Sequence record: MN850577.1
Direction: 5' to 3' (one strand)
Length of the DNA: 64,000 nucleotides
From: Escherichia phage heid
Below, in pieces: positions 7,174 through 15,444 of this stretch. Numbering within the stretch: position 1 is the stretch's first letter; each line of letters opens with the position of its first letter. Under the pieces are notes generated by a model. That model saw only the letters and a list, made by a program, of their open reading frames with translations, searched no databases and was not told the origin of the DNA. Made by a program: the position numbers and the translations under genes.

Positions 7174-7959
7174 TTAGTTCTTTGCGTCTAAGAAGGTAAC
7201 TTCTGGTGAAGAGAAAACTGTCTCGATATCCTCATCAGTTCTTGCATAGATATAAGTATCTGCATCACTGCCAAATGTTACTGCAATCCTGTGATTGCTC
7301 TTCGACAGGTGGGTAACTAGAGCGTTACTCAGAGACATCTTTTCAACCGGAGGGTTACTTTGATGTATCTTACCTTTTCTTCGTCTGAAGAGGGTAACTG
7401 CGTTATCTGTGAACACTGCTACACCTGCAAAGTATTCTGGTTCACAGTAGTTCTTCCAACCTGAGCGTAACTTGTGGTACATCTCTCCTTCGTAGACATA
7501 AAGATACACATCTACACTCTTCATCACCTGATTAATGATAACTGTGACGGCTTGAGGGTCTAGCCCACCGATACCTGCACCAATCATAGGTAAACCAACC
7601 TTCTTCAACTGGTTGACTTCACAGTATCTGTTAAGCTGTTTCAAAGATGACTCTAAAGCACTGTATCGGGCATCTTTACCAGTCTTAAGCTGAGTGTAAA
7701 GGTTAGCTATACGACCTTGTTTTAAACGTGCTACAGAGAAATTACCCAGTAAATTTTCACAGGGTTTGTGTCCTATACCACCTGCATATAGATAAACTTC
7801 TGTATCGGTCTCATATGCTTTTGGGTAAAGTTTAGAAATCTTGTCAGCGATACCTGCACCCATTAAATTCATACAGTTGCAACCGTGACCGATGATGTCA
7901 AACTTACCTTTATCAAATGCGGCAAAGATATCACCATTGATTATTTTTACAATACCCAT
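7174..7959 (-). CDS. Macro-domain-like protein (261 aa), tentative ADP-ribose binding/hydrolase fold, with a C-terminal extension of unknown function
   Basis: Motifs GHGCNCMNLMGAGIA and LPMIGAGIGG resemble the macro-domain N-x-x-N/G-rich loops; call from motif memory only. Confidence 0.4.
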   Translation of the reverse strand: MGIVKIINGDIFAAFDKGKFDIIGHGCNCMNLMGAGIADKISKLYPKAYETDTEVYLYAGGIGHKPCENLLGNFSVARLKQGRIANLYTQLKTGKDARYSALESSLKQLNRYCEVNQLKKVGLPMIGAGIGGLDPQAVTVIINQVMKSVDVYLYVYEGEMYHKLRSGWKNYCEPEYFAGVAVFTDNAVTLFRRRKGKIHQSNPPVEKMSLSNALVTHLSKSNHRIAVTFGSDADTYIYARTDEDIETVFSSPEVTFLDAKN

Positions 7960-8159
7960 TTAACATCTCTCCCAAGATTCTTTATCTTCTGAAGGTTTTA
8001 CACGTTGCCCCTCATGGTCTACCCAGATACATCCACAACCTTCACAGATTACTGGCATTGCATAGCCAGCTTTAAAGTCATCTTCAGTGATAAGACCTTT
8101 TAAGTCACCTGTATCACGTCCAAACATTTCTATAGAACAGTCTTTGCAGAAGTCAGCCA
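7960..8159 (-). CDS. Small Cys-rich protein (about 66 aa), putative zinc-binding
   Basis: CxxC and CEGCGC motifs; ATG overlaps the stop of the upstream ORF. Confidence 0.4.
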
Positions 8160-8380
8160 TTGATAATTGCCTCTTGAATGATGATACCTTTACCACAACG
8201 GCTTTTAAAGTCTTCCAATGGTTGGGAGATGAAGCCACGCAAGCAATCACTAAATACTAAGTTTTTCCTGTAGGCTATCACATCGTTTGCTGTAAACGGG
8301 ATGACTTCATTTCTTCCAATGAATACTGCTGACCGGATGAGTTTCCGTGTCTTTTTATCTCTGGCTAGAATTACTCTCAT
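8153..8380 (-). CDS. Hypothetical protein (75 aa)
   Basis: ORF in operon context. Confidence 0.4.
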   Translation of the reverse strand: MRVILARDKKTRKLIRSAVFIGRNEVIPFTANDVIAYRKNLVFSDCLRGFISQPLEDFKSRCGKGIIIQEAIING

Positions 8381-8681
8381 AATTTACCTTCTCAGTTAGC
8401 TCATATAAATCAACATGCTCAATACTATCAATGTTGATATCAATCTTTTTGAAGCGTTCTATCACTTCATTGTCAGTCATCCATATCAGACACCAATGAT
8501 TCTGGATGGATTCTTCAAGAAGTTCAACACAATCTTTAAAAGTTTTTGTATCACTTCTTGTGCCTACTACTGCGATTGTTCCATATAGCCACTTACCATT
8601 GCCATAAGATACTTGTGCTACGCCAACTTCTTTACCTTTCTCGTAGTAAACGGCTACAAAGTCTCTTCCATTAATCTGCAT
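8355..8681 (-). CDS. Hypothetical protein (108 aa)
   Basis: ORF. Confidence 0.4.
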   Translation of the reverse strand: MQINGRDFVAVYYEKGKEVGVAQVSYGNGKWLYGTIAVVGTRSDTKTFKDCVELLEESIQNHWCLIWMTDNEVIERFKKIDINIDSIEHVDLYELTEKVNYESNSSQR

Positions 8682-8683
8682 AG

Positions 8684-8956
8684 TTACTTCCTCGTTTTGA
8701 GAACTGCTAAGATTTCTTTAGAGTCTGGTAAGAACCATGTGTAGTGATTCTCTTTGATTTCTGGATGAGTGTCAACCTTTATTTTGCACTCTTTACCAAC
8801 ATGCTTAAGCTGTGCTGTGATACCTTGCATAAAGATGTGACACATTACATTATCCATAATCGTAGGTAAGAAATCAATCCTCATGTAAGTATCTTTCGGT
8901 CTCGGTAGAAGTAAGTAACCTTCTGTGTAGAAAGTTTCATCATTACTTTGTGTCAT
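8684..8956 (-). CDS. Hypothetical protein (90 aa)
   Basis: ORF. Confidence 0.4.
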   Translation of the reverse strand: MTQSNDETFYTEGYLLLPRPKDTYMRIDFLPTIMDNVMCHIFMQGITAQLKHVGKECKIKVDTHPEIKENHYTWFLPDSKEILAVLKTRK

Positions 8957-9222
8957 TACTGCTTATTCCCTAATAAAATCATATCAATAAGGTTATTAGC
9001 TTTGATTGTGCACTGGTAAAATCCATCACGATAGAACTCAAGGGCTGCTGCCACATCACTACCAGTATTACCTTTGATAGTAAATCTTGAATCTTCTTGA
9101 GTATACTTATCACTCTCACTTACTTGGGAGTTTTTGAATGTACTGTTCACTTTGTTCGTTGAACACCCTGACATAATTATCAGTAACACAAACATTATAA
9201 AACTCTGGCTTAGTTTTTTCAT
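8956..9222 (-). CDS. Outer-membrane lipoprotein, o-spanin-like (88 aa)
   Basis: Signal peptide with lipobox LIIMSGC; starts inside the 3' end of the preceding membrane-protein gene in another frame. Confidence 0.45.
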   Translation of the reverse strand: MKKLSQSFIMFVLLIIMSGCSTNKVNSTFKNSQVSESDKYTQEDSRFTIKGNTGSDVAAALEFYRDGFYQCTIKANNLIDMILLGNKQ

Positions 9223-9463
9223 ACGTTAGTACCTCTTTTGTGTGCTTATTCTTAGCAAGCACATCTTTCAAATCATTTTTGTAATTGGTGCTGAGTGTGG
9301 CTAAACCTTCCTGATAAGCATCTTTGGCAACACTTATTAGTTTCTCATTATTTAGCTCAGTTTCAGCAACTTGGTAGTCTCTGTAAGAGTACCCTCCCCA
9401 GACACCTGTCCCAACTAAGAAAACAATTATGAAAGTAGCTTGACAGAACTCTTTAAATGTCAT
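9116..9463 (-). CDS. Type II membrane protein, i-spanin-like (115 aa)
   Basis: N-terminal TM segment FIIVFLVGTGVWGG, coiled-coil-like remainder, overlapping lipoprotein gene. Confidence 0.45.
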   Translation of the reverse strand: MTFKEFCQATFIIVFLVGTGVWGGYSYRDYQVAETELNNEKLISVAKDAYQEGLATLSTNYKNDLKDVLAKNKHTKEVLTYEKTKPEFYNVCVTDNYVRVFNEQSEQYIQKLPSK

Positions 9464-9482
9464 TTAACAATCTCCTGAAATG

Positions 9483-9503
9483 AAAAAGGCTCCCGAAGGA
9501 GCC
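9483..9503 (-). terminator. Intrinsic terminator
   Basis: GGCTCC-CGAA-GGAGCC hairpin followed on the minus strand by a U-run. Confidence 0.6.
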
Positions 9504-9515
9504 TGTATCTTAACC

Positions 9516-9995
9516 TTAACCGAGGACTTTAGCAAGGATATTTGCAGCCATCGAAGAAGCTTTTGCAGCAGCAACTACGCCAGCCTTGACAGTGCTATCC
9601 TTAATAGCAGATACCGTTGCAGCATCAGTAAAGAGATAAGTGATTGTTTTGGAACCACTTGTAAAGGAAAGCATAAGAGTAGTTTCCAGATTGAAAGAGC
9701 GATATGGAGCACCTTCTTTAACGATACCTTCAGCACCTAACTCTGAAGCCTTACCCATATCATAGATAGTCATCAGATTTTCTTTGTGTGCAGTCGTTGA
9801 ACCAGCACCTTTTACGTGCTTCTTAACGTTTAACAATGCACGATATTCACGAATGCTGCCATCAGCTTTTACATTAACAGCACGGAAAATTTTACCTTCA
9901 AAGTTACCTTGAATCATTTTACGAACTACTTCAGATTTGTTTGCCGTATCGTCCAGTGCTACCGTAATGATATTGTTCATAAGTTCTTCTCTCAA
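9516..9995 (-). CDS. Hypothetical protein (159 aa)
   Basis: ORF. Confidence 0.4.
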   Translation of the reverse strand: MREELMNNIITVALDDTANKSEVVRKMIQGNFEGKIFRAVNVKADGSIREYRALLNVKKHVKGAGSTTAHKENLMTIYDMGKASELGAEGIVKEGAPYRSFNLETTLMLSFTSGSKTITYLFTDAATVSAIKDSTVKAGVVAAAKASSMAANILAKVLG

Positions 9996-10687
9996 TGTTT
10001 AACTAACATGGTTTTAATGTGTGGAAGGATTCTGTTTACCTTCTGAACATTCTTCTCTGTATCTTCTATAAAGCATACTATATTAAAGTAAGGAAGAATG
10101 CAAGACTGAATCATCCTCACTTTCAAACTTTCTGCACTTATAGAGTTAGTTCCAAAACCACGCATAAAAAGCAAGTAATCATGCTCTATATTGTGCCTTA
10201 AAAACATCTCAGTAGGTATTCTCTGAGATTCACCTCTTGCTGTCAAGAGTCCAACTGCTGCATGATTTGCAATTGCATCAATAATGTTGAAAACATATGT
10301 TGGTTTTGCTCTTACAGAATCAAGAAGATTAGTGTACTGTGAGAATGACCCATCAGTCAATTCCGTTGAGCAATCTTCATGATTAAAATTTGTAAGAACA
10401 CCATCAATATCTGCTAAGATGAGGTTACCTTTTTCTACAAGGTCTTTATTGACTATCACTAAACTATCACGCCTTACACCTATAGTTTGTCCAGTCTCTT
10501 TGTCCACAACGTTCACAATGGGTTCTGATGTGTGGAACTCTTCAAGTGAACATACAACCTCTCTTGCAGTGTCTTCAAAATCTCTGCACTGTTCTGGAGT
10601 CCATACACAGGAATCAAGACCTAACTCATGAGGATGCAAGTCATAAGCGTGGCACAGGACTTCATCAGACTTTTTTAATTTTTTCAT
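9992..10687 (-). CDS. HAD-superfamily phosphatase-like protein (231 aa)
   Basis: Motif I LILADIDGVLT (DxDG) and C-terminal FIEDTEKN. Confidence 0.4.
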   Translation of the reverse strand: MKKLKKSDEVLCHAYDLHPHELGLDSCVWTPEQCRDFEDTAREVVCSLEEFHTSEPIVNVVDKETGQTIGVRRDSLVIVNKDLVEKGNLILADIDGVLTNFNHEDCSTELTDGSFSQYTNLLDSVRAKPTYVFNIIDAIANHAAVGLLTARGESQRIPTEMFLRHNIEHDYLLFMRGFGTNSISAESLKVRMIQSCILPYFNIVCFIEDTEKNVQKVNRILPHIKTMLVKH

Positions 10688-11213
10688 GGTTTACCTTAGA
10701 AATGTTTGTTGCAAATTCACATTGAGCAATAACTTTCATGTTGTTATAGACATCTTGAGAGTATTTCTTAGCTTTAGGGATTCTGTACGAATACCCAGCA
10801 TTATATGACGCTAAAACTTTTTGTAAAGTCTTCTTTGACTTTGGCTGACCATGCACCTTTGTCCAAAACTCAAGTTCTTTGTGCGTTTCCTTTGCAGCAT
10901 AGTCAAAGTCTTTTAAGAGTTTCTTTTTAGCCACATTAGGACTAATTTTGTTACGCTTTACAACAGTCTTCAAGTGATTCTGGAAAATACCATAATCGTG
11001 TGTCTTTTTATTCTCTACCTTCAGACCTAACTCTGACTCTTGTAAGGCTATAGCAGCTAGAGTGATACCCCAACCTTTACCCATATTATTCTCACCATAC
11101 TGGTAAGCTTTTAACATGTTTACTTTTTGACTAATTGATAGCTCTGGGCAGTCAACTGCATAAGATAAGTGTGCTGTAAACATTAAGCACAAACCTAGAA
11201 TCAATTTCTTCAT
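10665..11213 (-). CDS. Lytic transglycosylase (SLT domain) with signal peptide, candidate endolysin
   Basis: Signal peptide MKKLILGLCLMFTAHLSYA; SLT motifs IALQESELG, YGIFQN, SYNAGYS. Confidence 0.55.
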   Translation of the reverse strand: MKKLILGLCLMFTAHLSYAVDCPELSISQKVNMLKAYQYGENNMGKGWGITLAAIALQESELGLKVENKKTHDYGIFQNHLKTVVKRNKISPNVAKKKLLKDFDYAAKETHKELEFWTKVHGQPKSKKTLQKVLASYNAGYSYRIPKAKKYSQDVYNNMKVIAQCEFATNISKVNHEKIKKV

Positions 11214-11273
11214 TGGTTCTCCTGTTTAGTTTATCGTGACAACAATTATACAGTACTCTGCACAAAATACAAA

Positions 11274-11300
11274 TAAAAAAGGCCGCCGAAGCAGCCTTTT
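11274..11300 (-). terminator. Intrinsic terminator after the rIIB-like gene
   Basis: Minus-strand RNA hairpin GGCUGC-UUCG-GCGGCC (one G-U pair) followed by U6. Confidence 0.55.
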
Positions 11301-11313
11301 AAGAAATTACTTA

Positions 11314-12423
11314 TTAGATTTCACGTTTACGCTGAGAGATGAGTTCACCAGCAGTACCGACGATGACATGCAAAGCTTCAGTCTTACCGTCCCATGCTTT
11401 CAGCACTTTGCGTTGGTTATCAACGATTGCTGCAACTTCATAACGAGAGGAACGCATCTTCATATCGTTGTAATCAGTTGGGACAGATACAACATCTCGT
11501 GGATGGACACGAACCTTCAGGATTGTATCACCTGAGAAGCAACGGACATAATCCCAAGCACCAACATGAAGACCCTGGGAGCAAGTCACATTACGGTTAT
11601 TATCAACCATCCAACGTGGCATTTCTACAATGTTACCCAAGTCATTAGGTACTCTGTATGTGTGGGAGTCAACCAGCTTGCCTTCACGAGTAGAGACTTT
11701 CTTCCAACCAATGATGTAGCCTTCTTCATCAATCTCAACATCAAGGTGAGATACGAATCCCCAAAGTTGTTCTACAGAATCTTTAGATGGATTTTCCATC
11801 AGTTTTTCGAAGAACATTACAAGGCGTTCAAAACCTTTATCTCCAGTCTTCATCATGTGAAGAATACGGTCAACCAGAGTAGAACGCATCTCAACAGCAC
11901 CGTAGAATAGTTTGTCACCTTTGATTGTGATAGCACCCTGAGTGAAGTTTTCGATAGACTTACGAATGTTCATTAGTTCGAAAGCTTTCTTATACTCACC
12001 GGATACAACAGCCATCACGATTTCTTTGTAGTTTGGATGGGTAGATTCAACGATTTCAGAATCTGCACCGAAAGTCATGATAACAGAGTCGCCAGTAATC
12101 ATGTACTCAATCTGGTTGCCATTCTGCATAGCTTCGTGCAGTTTATTTACTGGAGCTTTCTGTACAGCGTCTTTAACGACCTTTTCAACTGGTTTGCCAG
12201 CTTTCTTTTTAAAAGTCTTAGCAACTTGCTTCAAAGTCTTCGTAGCTGGTGTAGAAGTCACCTTCTTCTTCCCTTTTAAGGTTGCTTCATGACGCTCTAC
12301 AGCACGACCAACTGAACGGGTTGAAGTGTTAAATTTCTGTGCAATAGCTGTTTTGGTCAGCTTACCTTCTTTAACCAGTTTGTAAATTTCTGCGTCAATC
12401 TGTGCTTTAGTTTTAGTAGTCAT
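11314..12423 (-). CDS. rIIB: rIIB-like protein (369 aa)
   Basis: Position immediately downstream of the rIIA-like gene; N-terminal HTH-like segment; similarity judged from memory. Confidence 0.4.
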   Translation of the reverse strand: MTTKTKAQIDAEIYKLVKEGKLTKTAIAQKFNTSTRSVGRAVERHEATLKGKKKVTSTPATKTLKQVAKTFKKKAGKPVEKVVKDAVQKAPVNKLHEAMQNGNQIEYMITGDSVIMTFGADSEIVESTHPNYKEIVMAVVSGEYKKAFELMNIRKSIENFTQGAITIKGDKLFYGAVEMRSTLVDRILHMMKTGDKGFERLVMFFEKLMENPSKDSVEQLWGFVSHLDVEIDEEGYIIGWKKVSTREGKLVDSHTYRVPNDLGNIVEMPRWMVDNNRNVTCSQGLHVGAWDYVRCFSGDTILKVRVHPRDVVSVPTDYNDMKMRSSRYEVAAIVDNQRKVLKAWDGKTEALHVIVGTAGELISQRKREI

Positions 12424-12467
12424 CTTATTACTCTCTCTTGTTAGTTAATCAATCAATTTGTGAGGCT

Positions 12468-12497
12468 ATTCTAAGGGGTTTTGAAGCCCCTTGTCAA
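12468..12497 (-). promoter_or_regulatory. Sigma70-like promoter TTGACA, 18 bp, TAGAAT with a GC palindrome in the spacer
   Basis: Hexamers read from sequence between the rIIA-like and rIIB-like genes. Confidence 0.4.
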
Positions 12498-12502
12498 ACA
12501 CT

Positions 12503-14869
12503 TTAATCGTAAATTGTAGTCCCTTCTGGAACACACTTCACATCAAAGCCTAAAAACTTACTCACTTCGATAGGTGATACTTTATTCCAATCTAAGTGTG
12601 AAAGCAAGAAGTTTTCTTGTTTTCTTTTTGAAAGATAGTTTGTCACCTTAATAACCATACGGTCACCAGCTTTCTTAATTTTATTGTAAAGCTTTGTATC
12701 ATTGTCAAGACAGTCTTTCAAAGTTTTCAATACACTAATAGTATAAGTGTATGCAAATGGTGCAGCAACGTATTGGATTTTACCGAACATTGCCTCTACA
12801 GCCTCTTCATTACCTTCTAGGAAGATAGTTTTGTTTGTATCCCGTGAATAGCAATAACCACGAGAAATCTTCCTATTATTGAATGTAAAGTTTCTGGCAA
12901 TAATCCAGCTACTTGTAAGGTCAAGAACACCATTCATGTAGATGCGTGTCATATACCTGTTGTGATTAATCCAATGAACATCAGTTAAGCTGTCGTTCAA
13001 GAGCTTCTCATCTACTTCAATCCAGTCTTCTGGTATCTTTTTCCAATTTGCTTTTCGGAAAACATAGACTGTCTTTCCAATAACATTAGCAACTGACTTA
13101 GCTACATCTTCTGGGGATGAGCAAAAACATTCACCATCAACTGTGTCACCAATTGCCTTAATGTAAAGCTGAGGTTCTTCAATTGTGTCTAAGTCCTCTG
13201 AAACCTCTTTATAGGAAGCTACAGATTCTGCTGGAACAGCTTTCCAGAGTTTTACAACACCTCTCACAGCCTCTTTACGCTGATAATGATGCTCCTTATC
13301 AGACATTTTCACAATCTTTAACAAGCTTTTATCAAGTTTGTGTAGATTGATTAAATCATCTAACTCTTTTTCAGTCGAGAATACAAACACAATACCATTG
13401 TATCTGTGGAACAGGCCTGACTCGTTAGCGTAGTCTCGACATGCACCACGCAAGATTTGATTTCGTCCTACAGTCTTCTCAGTACCGTTTTTATTGCGAC
13501 GGTCATTAATCACGAACAAAAACTGTTCAATTTGGCTTTTACGCATTGCACCAAAGATATTGAACATACTTGCCTCTTGAGTGTAGGAAAGTGCTGTTGC
13601 ACGAATCTTACTCTCTAAAGAGTTGAACTTGACATAAGCAACTGGGTCATAAAGGTAATCTACTTTAGGGATGTTGTTTCCGTTCCTATCAACCTTAATA
13701 TTACCTTTACCGTCACGTTCATAAATGACTGAGCCGTCTTCTGCGTAGATAATCCCACGACGAATGTTTAGCAATTCTTCTTCCAGAGAATCAAGCTTAA
13801 CGCCTCCCCACTCTAGCTTTGGACACACAGCATTAAACATCTCTCGTGAGTTCAAACGTAACTCAGCATAAGCCTGTGCAGCATCCATGAGTGTAGGTTG
13901 GCTATTAACTTTCTTGATAACATCCTTTGTAATGGCTTCAGTTATCTTTTTAGTAGCCTCAATGATAACATTTTTTGTCGTGTCATTCATCTGCAATGCT
14001 TCACGAGAAGCTGCAATAGCAACTGAACCAATAGGCATGTAGATGTTTACAAGGTCTACGCTCCTACGGAAAAATTCTGGCAATACTTTGAAGAAATCAT
14101 CACCAAGTAATGCTTCCATATTAACAGGGTAGGCAATGTTACCCATCACCACATTAAACTCTGTCCTGTTACCACTAGAACGCCAGCTTTGCTTATGAAT
14201 CATGGCATCATAAACACCTTCTTCACGGGCAATGACGTTCATATCTGCTAATACATCGTCGTACTCAATATTACTTTCTGGTTTTACAGTGAAGTATGAG
14301 TACACATTCCCAGCTTCTTCAAAGAACTTTGAGATACGGTGGTCAGCAACTGCCACACGTACAGCTAAACCATTAGGTTCTTTTGTTGGGTTAGTTGTCA
14401 GCTTAGTTACTTGAGGGATACCATTCTCAAGGTAAACAGAGTACTTATTAACAACACCATCAACATAGCTAGATACTGTGAATGACTGAGCAATTGCAAA
14501 TGGTGACTTTGAGCCGATACCCATTGCACCAATGTAGTCATTGGAGTCATTCTTTGTAGAAGCCCCGTAGTTTAGGTACAAGCTCATAACTTTGTCATGA
14601 GTTAATCCAGTTCCAAAATCACGAACTTCAAAGTAAGGCTCAAAACGAGTAGGTAAATGCACATGGAATGGGATGTTCTCTTTTCCAGCTTCTTTCTGAG
14701 CATCTACTGCGTTACATGACAGTTCACGAATAACTGCCCTTTCTTTAAATGTGTATACACCAGAACTCAAAAGGCTGAACATTTCAGGTGTCATTGTAAT
14801 CTGTGCTTGAGACGTCTCTAAAGAAGTTGAACTCTTAATCACTTCTGCGTGGTCGTTTACCATGCGCAT
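12503..14869 (-). CDS. rIIA: rIIA-like protein with N-terminal GHKL/HATPase-like segment (788 aa)
   Basis: N-terminal ELSCNAVDAQ resembles the GHKL N-box; size and gene order typical of rIIA/rIIB. Confidence 0.5.
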   Translation of the reverse strand: MRMVNDHAEVIKSSTSLETSQAQITMTPEMFSLLSSGVYTFKERAVIRELSCNAVDAQKEAGKENIPFHVHLPTRFEPYFEVRDFGTGLTHDKVMSLYLNYGASTKNDSNDYIGAMGIGSKSPFAIAQSFTVSSYVDGVVNKYSVYLENGIPQVTKLTTNPTKEPNGLAVRVAVADHRISKFFEEAGNVYSYFTVKPESNIEYDDVLADMNVIAREEGVYDAMIHKQSWRSSGNRTEFNVVMGNIAYPVNMEALLGDDFFKVLPEFFRRSVDLVNIYMPIGSVAIAASREALQMNDTTKNVIIEATKKITEAITKDVIKKVNSQPTLMDAAQAYAELRLNSREMFNAVCPKLEWGGVKLDSLEEELLNIRRGIIYAEDGSVIYERDGKGNIKVDRNGNNIPKVDYLYDPVAYVKFNSLESKIRATALSYTQEASMFNIFGAMRKSQIEQFLFVINDRRNKNGTEKTVGRNQILRGACRDYANESGLFHRYNGIVFVFSTEKELDDLINLHKLDKSLLKIVKMSDKEHHYQRKEAVRGVVKLWKAVPAESVASYKEVSEDLDTIEEPQLYIKAIGDTVDGECFCSSPEDVAKSVANVIGKTVYVFRKANWKKIPEDWIEVDEKLLNDSLTDVHWINHNRYMTRIYMNGVLDLTSSWIIARNFTFNNRKISRGYCYSRDTNKTIFLEGNEEAVEAMFGKIQYVAAPFAYTYTISVLKTLKDCLDNDTKLYNKIKKAGDRMVIKVTNYLSKRKQENFLLSHLDWNKVSPIEVSKFLGFDVKCVPEGTTIYD

Positions 14870-15055
14870 AATACTTTCCTCTCAGTTTACTGTTAAATTA
14901 CTTATTAAACATTTTACCAGAACCACCACACATAGGGCAACATCCTGCCCTTATGTACCCCTCTCCATTACAGTAGTCACATTTTTTGTGCTCTGCAAAG
15001 TACTTGCAAAGGAGGTAGACAAATACTGCTACACAACCAAGTGACAGTAAAATTT

Positions 15056-15391
15056 CTATCCAATATGCTTGCATGACTCACCTCTCATATTCTTGTAAAG
15101 GATAAAGCTTCTGTCATGGACGATACTTGTAGACACTGCAAAGTTACTTTCAAGCATCTGTTTGTTTGGATTGTAGAAGCTTTCTTTAAACTCGTCAAGT
15201 GCAAATTGGTGATTATCTGGAAGACCTTTTACACAGACCTTTATTGTAATTGCTGCTGCGACCTTGCCAGTCAGTTCTTCTTTAGCTGCTACTAAAATTT
15301 TGTTAAGAAACTTATGGCCATCTTCAGGCTTCTTGATGTTCTCCCAACGTTCTTCTAAGACAATGTTGATGTTCATCTCTTTGATTTTCAT
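15056..15391 (-). CDS. Hypothetical protein (111 aa)
   Basis: ORF. Confidence 0.4.
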   Translation of the reverse strand: MKIKEMNINIVLEERWENIKKPEDGHKFLNKILVAAKEELTGKVAAAITIKVCVKGLPDNHQFALDEFKESFYNPNKQMLESNFAVSTSIVHDRSFILYKNMRGESCKHIG

Positions 15392-15406
15392 AGTTTTCTC
15401 CAGAAA

Positions 15407-15430
15407 TTAAAAAGGCTCCCGTAGGAGCCT
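15407..15430 (-). terminator. Intrinsic terminator after the NAMPT-like gene
   Basis: AGGCTCC-CGTA-GGAGCCT hairpin followed on the minus strand by a U-run. Confidence 0.6.
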
Positions 15431-15444
15431 CTTATCATATACTT

